A DNA stretch of 64,000 nucleotides from Pirellulales bacterium (GCA_963733035.1 CAVTBU010000005.1:704001-768000); one strand, 5' to 3'. Counted from the first letter of the stretch, positions 33,582 through 43,995 are shown. Program-made: numbers and translations. The notes: generated from the letters alone by a model not told the origin.

Positions 33582-34778
33582 TTAGCGGAGTAGCGGTTGA
33601 TAAACGAACTCGTTGGATTCGTCGCCAGCGGTCGGTGCCAAGATGAGCAGCGGCGCCGTGCTGATATCCAAGTAGCTGCGGAGAATGAAGGCGAACTGCA
33701 GGCGTGGCCCCCCCTCACGATTCAGCAGGCGTCGCTCGGAGAAGTCGCGGACGTAGGTTTCAATGGCGGCGATGACTTCCTTCTGATGCGCTTGCCAGGC
33801 CGGTTCGACAACACGCTCATAGAGCCGACCGGACCAGCGATCCGTAAATGCCTTGTCGAAATCCGCGCGTTGCGCATCCACCGACTTCTTGAATGCCTCG
33901 ATGATCTGCCCGCGGTGCTCATTCCAGAACGCCAACACTTCTTCCTCCAAGGCGGCCTTGAGGGCGTTGCTCATCTCGGCCGACAGAAACGGACGGACCG
34001 GCGCGTCCTTGCTCATTTCGATACCCTGCAGCCACGACCACCAGTCGACGGCGCTCTTGGCCAGGCCGACGACGTTGCCGCTGGTGGCTCGCAGCGCACT
34101 GCCGGCAATTCCCTGCACGCCGACAATGGTCCAGGCCCGACGGGCCAGTCGCTCGATGAGTTCGCCTTCGAGTGGCTCGATGGATTCGCGCAGGCTGGCG
34201 GCAAACCGCGCCAGGAGTTCGGCATCCTCGGATTCTGGATCGGTAAGATCGCTGGAAATCTCTCTGACCAATCCGTCCATGATCTCCGGCAGGAGGTTCT
34301 GGCGGATGCTCGGCCAAACAGTATCGCGTGCCAGCGTGGCCTCCTCGGTCGGCGTGTTGGGGCTAACCAACAGCCGCACGGCATCGCTAAGACTGAGCGA
34401 CGCGGGCGCCCCTTTCAAGACGCCGCCCTGCCGCGACACGGGGGCGCTGTTGGCGCTGAGGCGAATCGTCAGGTTGTCTTCACGGCCACCGATCGACTGC
34501 ACATCGACAACGCGACCAATTACCTGGGCGATGCCGTCCTCGCGCTGGCGGTAAACCAGCGTGCCCACGCGAGGCAACAATGCGGCCGGAACCTGAACGT
34601 GAATGATTTGCCGAGCCGGCAGGAACTGCTCACGCGCCAGATCGCGCGCCCCGGCCAGCGTGCGGTCGGCAGCCGACGTACGGGCCAGTAGCGCTAGGGC
34701 GACGAGCAACGACAAAACCACCGCGCATCCGGCAGTCAGCCGAACGTACTGTTGCCATCGATACGAGCGGTCCCACAT
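33582..34778 (-). CDS. Membrane-anchored protein, possible MlaD/MCE-like N-terminus with long helical C-terminus
   Basis: N-terminal TM; VGTLVY...QVIGRVVDV resembles an MCE strand; co-oriented directly upstream of the ABC/MlaE-like fusion. Confidence 0.6.
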   Translation of the reverse strand: MWDRSYRWQQYVRLTAGCAVVLSLLVALALLARTSAADRTLAGARDLAREQFLPARQIIHVQVPAALLPRVGTLVYRQREDGIAQVIGRVVDVQSIGGREDNLTIRLSANSAPVSRQGGVLKGAPASLSLSDAVRLLVSPNTPTEEATLARDTVWPSIRQNLLPEIMDGLVREISSDLTDPESEDAELLARFAASLRESIEPLEGELIERLARRAWTIVGVQGIAGSALRATSGNVVGLAKSAVDWWSWLQGIEMSKDAPVRPFLSAEMSNALKAALEEEVLAFWNEHRGQIIEAFKKSVDAQRADFDKAFTDRWSGRLYERVVEPAWQAHQKEVIAAIETYVRDFSERRLLNREGGPRLQFAFILRSYLDISTAPLLILAPTAGDESNEFVYQPLLR

Positions 34779-35034
34779 GACCAGTCCACTCCTGCGACCA
34801 CCTGCGACTGACGCTGTTGTACCCCTCTCGCCAGCGCACGGGCAAGACGGACATGCGAGAGCCTGATCAGGAGCAGGGATGTGGAAGCCGGGGCCGGTAA
34901 CCCGCCGAGGGCACTATTTCACGTTCAAGTGACCTCGCCTGTCGGCAATCCAAGTGGGTAAATCGCTGGTGCCGACTGACCAAAACGTGGTTGCCCAGCA
35001 GCGCGACGGGCCTGCCCTTCAACGATACATCGCA

Positions 35035-36921
35035 TCAGGGACGGCGGGTAATTGCCGCCGACTGCTCGGGCTTGGCGGCTGCCTTATCGGCTGGCGCTGC
35101 GACCGCCGACTTGGCCCGGTTTTTCTCCGCCAACTTGGCGGGCAGACTGGGTGTTTCCTCGACGGTCGTCCGCACGAACCAGCCGATCATCATTTCGTCC
35201 CAGGTCTGCTCGCCCCAACCGACCGCTTGGGTGGGGTCGGGGTTGGCGAGATTATCCTCGGAGTTGTCGAAATGCGCCGTGCAATAAAGCTTGGCTCCCT
35301 TGGGCACGAACTTCGGTTCGGCGAGCACGTACGTGTTTTGCCAATTGAAGTCGTAGCGGGGAATGTCTAACAGCGTTTCGACCTTGCCATCGGGATAGTG
35401 CAAGTCATATCGGAACGCCTTGCCGCGCAGATGCAGGTGGGGCATGAACGACAAGAGCAACGTATCCTCGCGGAACCGTCGCCACGAGGTAACCTCATAG
35501 TCACTCGCTCCGGCGGGAATCTTGAAGGACATGTTAATCGCCAGGTCGGTTTGCACTTCGCGAGTAACCGTGCTGGGATCGGCATAGACCAAACCCACGG
35601 AACTCAAATCTTCCTGTTCGGCGCCGTTGGCAGTGTAGTGCATTTGGAAAAGCAGTTTGGACCCGGCCTCAATGCGCTTCGCCATGCCTTTTGGGCAACG
35701 CGTCGGCGGATTGCCGGGCGCCGTGCCGACCAGCAGATCGCGAGACCCCATGCCTTCACCCATCTGCGTAACGCGTTCGCCTGGCGGCACGATGAACACA
35801 ATAATGTGGTGGACGACGGCGCTGTTGCCGGGACGGGCCTCCGCCTCGCTGACCCACACGTCCTCGGTGAAGCCCGGATCGACGACGAAGTATTGGTATT
35901 CGACTTTCCCCTCGGCCGGAATATGGAACGGCTTGTCGGCCATCGCAATCACGCGATCGGGCTTGGAGATTTGCCAGCCCGGCGTGAATTCCTTGGGCGC
36001 GGGTAGATCGCGGGGATCTCCTTCAGGCGCGCCTGCATCCACCCAGGCAGCGATCAATTCTTTCTCTTGGTCGCTGAGTCGGCAATCGTTAGAGAACGTG
36101 CCGACCTTGGGATCGGCGTGCCAGGGCGGCATCCGATTTTCTCGCACGACTTCATCGATCATTGGCGCCCAACCCACCACTTCGTCGTAACTCGACAGGC
36201 TAAAGGGAGCGATTTCTCCCTCGCGATGACAGTTCACGCAACGATCCTGAAAGAGTCGCGAGATCTGGTTCGAGAAGGTGACTTCCGATTTCTCGTCCGC
36301 TGGTTGCACGCGGCCGATCAGGCAACCCGGAGCGCGAGTCACGGATTTGGCGACTTCGCTACCGGCGAGCAGTTGGTCGATTGCGTCGGCCAACTCGCGC
36401 TCGACCGCCTCTTTGCGCTGATAGCCAACGCCCGTTTGAAAGCCGTATTGGTCGTCGATGCGGCCGCGATAGCGAACCACACGGTTGGCATCGAGCACGA
36501 ACGCCTCGGGCGTGCGCTGGGCACGGAACTTGTCGGCCACGCCGTTACCTGAGTCTTTGAGGAAGGGAATCGTCATCCGATAGGTCCGAGCGAAGTGCGA
36601 CATCTCGGCCAGCGAATCCTGGGCGTTTGAGTCAATGGCCAAGAAGACAACTCCCCGATCGCCATATTCCTCGGCCAGCTCCGATAGACGTGGCGCGTAG
36701 AGTTTTGCCAAGGGACACTCGACGCCCATAAACGTCACAACCACCAGCGGCGCATCTTTCAGGTCGGCCAAGGTGTAGGTGACCCCTTGGAGGTCCTTGA
36801 GTGCGAATTGGTCCACCGCGTGGCCAACGGTGGCGGGCTGCGCTGGAACGGCGACGACCGATTGAACCGTCACCAGGCAGATACAAAATAGGGTAGCGAT
36901 GACAACGCTTATTGGTCGCAT
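35035..36921 (-). CDS. Secreted redoxin-cytochrome c-copper monooxygenase-like multidomain protein
   Basis: Signal peptide; VECPLA redoxin with YRGRIDDQY; CVNCH...MPPW; HH, MHY, PHLHLRG and DEMM motifs typical of type II Cu-monooxygenase-like domains. Confidence 0.85.
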   Translation of the reverse strand: MRPISVVIATLFCICLVTVQSVVAVPAQPATVGHAVDQFALKDLQGVTYTLADLKDAPLVVVTFMGVECPLAKLYAPRLSELAEEYGDRGVVFLAIDSNAQDSLAEMSHFARTYRMTIPFLKDSGNGVADKFRAQRTPEAFVLDANRVVRYRGRIDDQYGFQTGVGYQRKEAVERELADAIDQLLAGSEVAKSVTRAPGCLIGRVQPADEKSEVTFSNQISRLFQDRCVNCHREGEIAPFSLSSYDEVVGWAPMIDEVVRENRMPPWHADPKVGTFSNDCRLSDQEKELIAAWVDAGAPEGDPRDLPAPKEFTPGWQISKPDRVIAMADKPFHIPAEGKVEYQYFVVDPGFTEDVWVSEAEARPGNSAVVHHIIVFIVPPGERVTQMGEGMGSRDLLVGTAPGNPPTRCPKGMAKRIEAGSKLLFQMHYTANGAEQEDLSSVGLVYADPSTVTREVQTDLAINMSFKIPAGASDYEVTSWRRFREDTLLLSFMPHLHLRGKAFRYDLHYPDGKVETLLDIPRYDFNWQNTYVLAEPKFVPKGAKLYCTAHFDNSEDNLANPDPTQAVGWGEQTWDEMMIGWFVRTTVEETPSLPAKLAEKNRAKSAVAAPADKAAAKPEQSAAITRRP

Positions 36922-37336
36922 GGCACTCGAGCCTCGCTGAGGGTAAGGAGGTTGGCGTCCGGCGATCGAGATGCGAGCAAAGTCCGCACGCATATCGGGT
37001 CATTCCCTCGTGCAAGCACTTTGTGTGCCAGAAATAGAATTGACGTTCTGTTTTTTTGTGTTACGATGCAAGCTATTACAAATGCGACATTTACAACCAT
37101 CGCAACGGATCCAAACAGGTCAACATTGAGTGCGACGACTCGCCGCGCAGGACTCCGTATCGCACATACGTGTGCGGTGCGCTGCGCGCTGATAAGTCGC
37201 GGCAACGCGCGATCTTGGGAGAATAGACACGTATGACCCCGTTCGGGTGCCCCTCGACGCGGACATTCAAATTCGTACTGACACAGCCGCACAGATAAAT
37301 CCGGGCCCAATCGTGATCCGGCGTGGTTAGGCCGAG

Positions 37337-37837
37337 ATGAACTCAATGATCCAAACGCACTGGCAGGTCGAGGCGGTCAGAGCGCTGCTGGAAGACTACG
37401 CCCAGCGCGGCGTGTTTCGAGGTTTCTGCGCTGGAGGAGCGCGGCGCGGCAAAGCCGCGTTTAGAATGATCTGGCATCGGAACCGCCCCTTCGAATTGAT
37501 CGTGGATTCCGAACAAGGAGAGCTGCGGTTCGCAAACATCTTGCCGAACGTCCCCGCCGACTCGGCGATGTATCGCGACCTGAAGAAATACGTCAAACAG
37601 CGCCATCATGATGCGTTGCCAGAGCACCGGCGAATCGACCAAGCGAAGGCACAAGTCCGCACGTACAATCGACAGGGTAACGTGTCGCTCGTGCTCAAGT
37701 TGACCGGCGATGATTTTGAATACGGTACGCGGAAGTTAGTCCATCTGGTGCAGGAGATCTTCCTGGATTTCCTCGTCGAAGGAACTTGCCTTGAATACAC
37801 CGTGGAAACGTTTGAACTCGATCCAGACCACATCTGA
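37337..37837 (+). CDS. Hypothetical protein
   Basis: 166-aa ORF with natural-looking composition; first of three co-oriented genes. Confidence 0.65.
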   Translation: MNSMIQTHWQVEAVRALLEDYAQRGVFRGFCAGGARRGKAAFRMIWHRNRPFELIVDSEQGELRFANILPNVPADSAMYRDLKKYVKQRHHDALPEHRRIDQAKAQVRTYNRQGNVSLVLKLTGDDFEYGTRKLVHLVQEIFLDFLVEGTCLEYTVETFELDPDHI

Positions 37838-37887
37838 ACGACCGCCATCCTAGATTCTGGAATAGAGCCGCCCTAGGGGAAAACAAA

Positions 37888-38358
37888 ATGCCGAAACGAA
37901 CGGCCACCTGGATTGTCGCTGGCCTGCTATTCGTCGCCACGACCATACTTTTGCCGAGTAGAAGTTCCGCGGAAGGTCCCTCCTCGCAGGACGACGACGG
38001 CCGCTTGACCCAGGAGGAGGCAAAGCAGCTCAAGAATCCGGTCCCGTTCAGCAAGGCTTCGATTGCCCGCGGGAAGATCCTTTATTTGCGCGACTGCACC
38101 GAGTGTCATGGGGCCGACGGCAAATCGCAGGTCGACGTAATCGCCAATGCCACGGATTTGACCGATCCGCGGTATTGGGCTAGTGGAACGACCGAGGGAG
38201 AGGTGTTCCGCAGCATTCGCGACGGCGCGGGCGATTCGATGCCGCCGTTTAGCGACAAGATCGACAAGGAGGAGGACCTCTGGCACATGGTTAATTTTGT
38301 CCAAAGTCTTTGGCCGCAGTCCGCCAGACCTAAAATCGTGGAATCACCAGCAAACTAG
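37888..38358 (+). CDS. Monoheme periplasmic cytochrome c
   Basis: Signal peptide; NPVP...SIARG, CTECH, MPPF...W.MVNFV. Confidence 0.92.
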   Translation: MPKRTATWIVAGLLFVATTILLPSRSSAEGPSSQDDDGRLTQEEAKQLKNPVPFSKASIARGKILYLRDCTECHGADGKSQVDVIANATDLTDPRYWASGTTEGEVFRSIRDGAGDSMPPFSDKIDKEEDLWHMVNFVQSLWPQSARPKIVESPAN

Positions 38359-38395
38359 ACGCTCGCCAAAACCAGCCAGCCCAGGAGTTGTAACG

Positions 38396-40366
38396 ATGAA
38401 GCGCGACAGCAAACCCAGCGGCGACCAGGCCAACCAGCCGGATGCGACGCGGCGGTCCTTTCTTCTTTCGTCCGCCGTCGGAGCCGGAGCCATTGTGGCT
38501 GGAGTCGTGGAAAACGCCCAGGCGCACGCCGGCGCGACGAGCATTCCCTCGATCACGATTCCCAAGGAAATCCCCGAGTCGATAAACGAAGCCCCCAAGC
38601 CGGGCTCGTTCGAGGGGCGCGGCATGACGGGCGCTGAGGTGTTCGCCTCGCTCTGCAAGCAGGAAGAGTTGGCGGCGATGTTTTGCTGCCCGGGCAACTA
38701 CACCGTGATCAACGCTATCGCGGCGGCCGGCATTCCCAGCTTTGGCGGCCGCACGGAAGGAGCCATGTGCGCCGCGGCCGACGGCTTTTCTCGCGCCACC
38801 GGCCAGGTCACCGCCTGCTCGGGAACCGAAGGGCCGGGGCTGACCCACATGATCATGAACATCGCCTCGGCGGCGGCGGCGCGTACGCCCCTGCTGGTGC
38901 TGGCCAGCAACATGCAAATCGCGGGGGACGATCGTGAGGCCTTCATTCAAACGGGCTATCAGCAGCCGATCACAACCGGCATGAAGAAATATGGCAAGCG
39001 GTTGATCGCGCCGGACCGCGTCTGGGAATATGGCGGCTACGCTTTCCGAAACCTGAAGTCTGGCGTGCCCAGCCCCGTGCATTTGGACTTTCCTGGCGAA
39101 GTCGCCAGGGCTCGCTTCACCGATCCGGCGTCGCTGAAAGACTACTACACCAAGGATAAATACCGTAGCGAGTCGGAAATGCACCCCGATCCGGCCGACG
39201 TGAAGAAGGCGGTGGAAATGATCGGCCGCGCCGAACGCCCGCTCGTCATTGCCGGTCAGGGTGTGTTTCAGAACAAGGGCTGGGACGCGCTGCTGAAGGC
39301 CGCGGAGAAGAATGATCTGGCCGTGGTTACCTCCGGGCCCACGCGCGGGCATTTTCCCGACGATCATCGCCTCTCGGTAAGTCTGGCTCCCGATGCCATG
39401 ATGAGCGCCGACCTGGTGGTCTTCGTGGGTCAGTATTGCATGCCGAGCCCCGGCGAGTTCCGCTTCAACCCCGATGTGAAGGCCATTCGCGTTCATCCGG
39501 TGCCGGAAGATTTGGGCCGCAACTGGCCGCTGGAACTCGGCATCGTGAGCACCGAGCGGGCCTTCTTGGAGGCCCTGGCCGAAAGCCTGCCCAAGCGTTC
39601 GCGCGATGCCTGGGTGAGCGAGTTGGCGGCCGCGCGCGACAAGTTCGACAAGTACATACACGACCAGTACGAGATGGGCTTGAAGCACAGCCAAAAGACT
39701 GAACGGTTGCACCCGGCCGTGCTCTGCAAGGAAGTTCATGATTTCCTTTACAAGGGTGATCTCGATCCGAAGCAAACGGTGACCGGCTGGGGCGGCTGGA
39801 CGATTGGCACTTATGCGGGGCGTTGGTTACGCGCCTTCCGCCCGGCTCAAGAGATCGTGTGTCCTTACCAATATGGCGCCATTGGACCAGACGTGGCGAT
39901 GATGATTGGTGCCAGCGCCGCCGTGCAGGAAGGTGTCGGCCCGCAAGCGGCTTACAAGGGGGCCCCGACGGTTTGCGTGAGCAGCGATGCAGGCATCGCG
40001 CATAGCTTGTTCGACCTGGATACGGCGGCCAAGTACAAGCTGCCGGTGATCGCGGTTATTTACAACAATGATTGTTGGGGCATGTGGCCCGCCGCCGTAT
40101 CGTCGGCGCGCTCGATGCACATGTACCTCTTCCAGCAGAACCTCAGGTACGACCAGTTGGCAGAAGGTCTTGGCGCCCGCGGCGAATACGTGAGCACGCC
40201 GGAAGAATTGCGCGAAGCACTGAAGCGCAGCTACCAGGCGGCGGACAAGGACCGCGCTTCGACGCTGATCAATTGCCAGGCTATCAAGGAGTTCACCTCC
40301 GCGCGCGATTACCCGCCAGGCGTGTCACTCAACCCCGAGCCCGGCTGCGGCGCGGTGGCGCACTAG
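38396..40366 (+). CDS. Thiamine diphosphate-dependent enzyme (acetolactate synthase/2-hydroxyacyl-CoA lyase-like fold) with Tat signal
   Basis: RBS AGGAG; TRRSFL signal; MTGAEV, RTEGAM (catalytic Glu), GPGLTH, PVHLDFP, ThDP motif variant SDAG...NND. Confidence 0.88.
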   Translation: MKRDSKPSGDQANQPDATRRSFLLSSAVGAGAIVAGVVENAQAHAGATSIPSITIPKEIPESINEAPKPGSFEGRGMTGAEVFASLCKQEELAAMFCCPGNYTVINAIAAAGIPSFGGRTEGAMCAAADGFSRATGQVTACSGTEGPGLTHMIMNIASAAAARTPLLVLASNMQIAGDDREAFIQTGYQQPITTGMKKYGKRLIAPDRVWEYGGYAFRNLKSGVPSPVHLDFPGEVARARFTDPASLKDYYTKDKYRSESEMHPDPADVKKAVEMIGRAERPLVIAGQGVFQNKGWDALLKAAEKNDLAVVTSGPTRGHFPDDHRLSVSLAPDAMMSADLVVFVGQYCMPSPGEFRFNPDVKAIRVHPVPEDLGRNWPLELGIVSTERAFLEALAESLPKRSRDAWVSELAAARDKFDKYIHDQYEMGLKHSQKTERLHPAVLCKEVHDFLYKGDLDPKQTVTGWGGWTIGTYAGRWLRAFRPAQEIVCPYQYGAIGPDVAMMIGASAAVQEGVGPQAAYKGAPTVCVSSDAGIAHSLFDLDTAAKYKLPVIAVIYNNDCWGMWPAAVSSARSMHMYLFQQNLRYDQLAEGLGARGEYVSTPEELREALKRSYQAADKDRASTLINCQAIKEFTSARDYPPGVSLNPEPGCGAVAH

Positions 40367-40392
40367 CAAGATTTGAACTCCCTGAAATTATC

Positions 40393-40437
40393 AAAGTGGC
40401 ACTGCCGGCTTTTCCGCACATGGCAGCGCCAAACTTT
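40393..40437. terminator. Possible bidirectional hairpin between the convergent ThDP gene and tRNA
   Basis: AAAGTGGCACTGCC...GGCAGCGCCAAACTTT imperfect inverted repeat. Confidence 0.3.
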
Positions 40438-40459
40438 GCAACTCGGGGCTTACAGCGAG

Positions 40460-40533
40460 TATCCGCGACTGGACTCGAACCAGTAACCTTCGGCTTCGGA
40501 GGCCGACGCTCTATCCAATTGAGCTACGCGGAC
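40460..40533 (-). tRNA. tRNA-Arg (anticodon CCG)
   Basis: Reverse complement GTCCGCG-TAGCTCAATTGGATAGAGC-G-TCGGC-CTCCGAA-GCCGA-AGGTT-ACTGGTTCGAGTCCAGT-CGCGGAT-A folds as a cloverleaf; CCA not encoded. Confidence 0.97.
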
Positions 40534-40561
40534 AAGACGTTCAAGTATAACGACTTGCAGC

Positions 40562-41345
40562 CTAGGCGGAAGACCCGGCGGGGTGTCTAGTCACCGGCGT
40601 GATCACGGGTCGGCTCGGCGGCAATCGGCGGCCGCGATACACGACAACCGGCGAGCCGTCGGCAAGGAAAGCTGACACCGGCGGAGCGGTTAGTGCCTCA
40701 GCGAACGATGCGCCGTAAAGGGTCGCGACCTCGCCAGTAAAGCATGCCGTGCGAGCGGGCCACAACTTCCAGCGCCGATGTTCGACCTGGTACTCCACGG
40801 TCGCGCGTCCTGGCCCGCCCGAGTAGCCCCAGTAGTGTTCGATGATGAATTCGTCGAGCGAGTCGGGCGAGGCCACGTGACCGTCTCCGTCGGCGCAGCA
40901 TTACGAGCCGGCACTCGCGGCCGGACCAGCGCCAACAGTAGCTGGCCTCAAAGGCCCCGCCGCTTGCACACTCGATCGCGTGCCCCATGGGTACGGTGGC
41001 GTAGTTCTCGCCGTACAGGCTCCGAGCGACCCAGGACACGGCCCGGCGCGGCACCAGCTCGCGCAAAAAACAGACTCCGCGCCGCCAGCCGTCATTCACG
41101 CGCCGCCGAATATAGAACCGCAGGTTCACTTCCTCAAAGTTGCGGTGGAACGGAATCGCGTAGCCGCAAACGCGGGTGTCGCGAAACTCAAACCCGACCA
41201 GGCTGATCAGGGCGCGGCCTTGCCAGAGGTCCAATTCGGTGCCCCACGGCACATGGGGCGCGAGGATGTCGGAGTCGATCTCGTAGTTGACGACCACCAG
41301 GTTGCGCCACTGGGCCGTAAGAAATGCAGTCGGATTGCGCTCCAT
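40562..41345 (-). CDS. DUF2071/YqjF family protein (frameshift at ~40893-40896)
   Basis: FLTAQWRNL..VNY, FEEVNLRFY, LYGENY in the first ORF; FIIEHYWGY, YQVEH..W, SAFLADGS in the second. Confidence 0.85.
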
Positions 41346-41497
41346 CGTGAACCTCCGTCGAGTTACCAACCGCAAACGCCCAAAGTCGTTCACATCTTCG
41401 GCTTTGCTCGAATTGCTGGGGTATTAAACCGCAGGCTGCCGACGCGGACCACACCACTCCCAAACCCACGCCGAAAAATTTCTTCTGGCCTTGTAGC

Positions 41498-41537
41498 TTG
41501 ACTTTGCCAAGCGACATCTATAAAACCAAATTTAGTT
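41498..41537 (+). promoter_or_regulatory. Sigma70-like promoter (TTGACT-N17-TAAAAC) overlapped by near-palindrome AACCAAATTTAGTT (candidate BlaI-type operator)
   Basis: AT-rich patch ~40 bp upstream of the blaI-like ATG. Confidence 0.5.
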
Positions 41538-41577
41538 AACCAAATCACAATCCACGGCCGAACGCGAGACAGACGTG

Positions 41578-41958
41578 ATGGCACGCCCCGCCAAAGAATT
41601 GACCGAACGGGAACTGGAAGTCCTGCAGATCTTTTGGAAGCAGGGCCAGATCACGGCCCAGCAGGCTCGCGATGCGTTGGCCGAGGGGGGCGTCGATCGG
41701 GCGTACACGACAATTGCCACGCTGGTAAGGATCCTGAACGACAAGGGATACCTGGAGCAAACCACCACCGAGCGACCGTTTCTGTATCGGGCCGTTCGTT
41801 CGTACGAAGAGGTCTCTCGCAACTTGTTGGGCGACCTGGTGGACCGCGTATTTGGCGGCTCCCGCGAGCAACTGCTGATGCGGCTGTTGGATCAAAAGAA
41901 GCTCACGGCAAAAGAGCGGGCACGCCTGGAACAGATTCTACGGGAGAACCAAAAATGA
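41578..41958 (+). CDS. BlaI/MecI/CopY family transcriptional repressor
   Basis: LTERELEVLQIFW, AYTTIATLVRIL..KG, DRVFGGS...L. Confidence 0.93.
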   Translation: MARPAKELTERELEVLQIFWKQGQITAQQARDALAEGGVDRAYTTIATLVRILNDKGYLEQTTTERPFLYRAVRSYEEVSRNLLGDLVDRVFGGSREQLLMRLLDQKKLTAKERARLEQILRENQK

Positions 41959-43995
41959 ACGCCTGGGGAATCACGCTGTTGTGGATGGCGGTTCGTGTGG
42001 GGCTACTTTGCGGCGTGGGCGCCTGCTTATATCTCGCAACCCGTCGCCGCAATCCGGCGGCGGGTGCCTGGACAATCGCCGTGGTCATTTCTGTCGTCAT
42101 CGGCCTGTCGGCAGCCGCACTGGCACCTGTTCTGCGCGACTGGTCGATTGAATCACTGCCATGGAAATTCAGCCCAGAGCAAACGAGTGCTCCCAGAAAC
42201 GGCGAACATACTGCGGCGCCCAGCCAAGCGGAAGCGTCCGAAACGCGTCGACCGACGGCGACGACGAAATCCGATGATGCGCAGGCCAAACAGGCGGCGC
42301 TCAACTCGGCATGGCGGCAATTCCTGGCTGAATTCCGCGATCAACTCTCCACCACCGACGCAGACACCGGCTGGCGTTGGCCGGCCTGGCTCGCAGTGAT
42401 GATGCTGGCGGGAGTGGGACTTGGAGCAGCCCGTATCGGGACCGCGCTACTGGCAACCCGTCGCTATGGATCGCAGGCCAGACACATCGCGGATCCGAAA
42501 GCGTGGTCCATTCTGAACGAAATCGCATCTCAGTTGGGGCGAGACGCGCCACATCGAGCTCGCGCAGTCAGACGAACTGTGCTCGCCCTGCACCTTGGGC
42601 TGGATCAATGCAGTTGTCGTCTTGCCCGCCGACTGGAGAACGTGGGCCGAATGCGAACTGCGCTGCGTGTTGGCTCATGAAGTTGCTCATGTTGCCCGTG
42701 GCGATTTTGCGCTTGGAATTCTGGCACATTTGGGCGTCGTGCTCCACTTTTACAACCCACTTGTCTGGTGGCTCGCACGGCAACTCCGGCTGGAACAGGA
42801 AATGGCTGCGGATCTTTGCAGCGTGCAACTCGCCGGTGGACGGCAAACCTATCTCACCACGCTGGCACGGATGGCGCTGCGTCAAGGTGTTCCACCTTTG
42901 GCGGCGCGCCCGTTTCTGCCAGCACGCGGCACCTTGCTTAGGAGAGTTGAAATGCTAAACGGCGAAAAGCTACTGCCCGAGAGTTCGATGTCGTGGTCGC
43001 GGCGCGCGGCCGTAATGGTGCTCTTGATTTCGGTCGGTGGGGTGCTGGTGGGTGTTCGTGGACCGGCAGGTCGGACGCTCGCTGCCGCGCCTACCGCGAA
43101 GTCGGAAACCAAAGACGAGGCAGGCGAGCATGGTTACTTCTTGCGCGGTCGAATCGCTGAGTTGCAACACAATCTCCAGGAGATTGAGGATTTCCGCCGC
43201 AAAAACCCGCAGCGGAATTCCACTGAAACCAGCAAGATGTACCGCGAAATGAAGCGACGTCTCCTCGAAGCCGAACGGGATCTGGCCGAAGCGGAGAGCA
43301 ATTCGAATGCTTTCTGGAAAGACCTGGATCCCGCGGAACGGCGCGTCAGGGCTCGTCAGGCATTCCTGCGAAGCGAATCCGTCGAGAAGCTGCTGCAAAT
43401 GGGAATCGCTCTTTATAATTACTATGACAAGCACAAACGTTTTCCGCCGGCCGTCGTCATGGGTCCCGATGGCAAGACGCCGCACAGCTGGCGGGTGGAA
43501 TTGCTGCCGTACTTTGAGATCGTCGGCGAGGACCTCTACAAGCGCTACCACCTCGATGAGCCGTGGGACAGCGAGAACAACAAGAAGGTGCTGGCCGACG
43601 GTGCCGAACTTTTCAGTGTGCCGGCTGAAGAACCGACGGGCGATTGCGGATATTTTGTGCTTATCGGTTCGGACTCCATGTTCACTCCTGCGACGGTGGC
43701 GAGCCGCATCCGTGACGACCGCGACGGCTCGTCCAAGACCATCGGCGTGGTCGAAGCGAAACGTTCGATTCCCTGGACCAAGCCCGAAGATATTGAGTTG
43801 ACGGAGGAGGGACCGTTTCCCAAGCTCGGGGGATTCTTCGAGGGCGGATTCAACTCGCTATTTATGGACGGCTCGGTGCACTTCCTGCCCGCCGACATTG
43901 AAGAGCCCGTACTGTAGGCGCTTGTGACCAAGAACGGTCGCGAGCACTTGGAGTACGACAAAACCAGCGACCGTTTGAAGCGGGTAACAGACTAG
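41955..43995 (+). CDS. BlaR1-like M56 metallopeptidase fused to a DUF1559-like domain (frameshift at ~42545-42549; in-frame TAG at 43915-43917)
   Basis: ATGA overlap with the blaI-like gene; AHEVAH (HExxH), HFYNPLVW, EQEMAAD. C-terminal HSWRVELLPY, DEPWDSENN, PWTKPED, FMDGSV, continuing ALVTKNGRE past the TAG. Confidence 0.85.

Noticed and set aside
37140..37336. Possible TPP riboswitch upstream of the ThDP-enzyme cluster
   Set aside because: GGGTGC is present but the CTGAGA and CCTGA...AATNC...GCGNAGG cores are absent.
38389..38395. Additional TGTAACG half-site
   Set aside because: No CGACT element at the required spacing; it directly abuts a start codon.
40460..40560. tRNA-Arg as an integration site or island boundary
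   Set aside because: No integrase, no duplicated tRNA 3' end seen, no mobile genes nearby.
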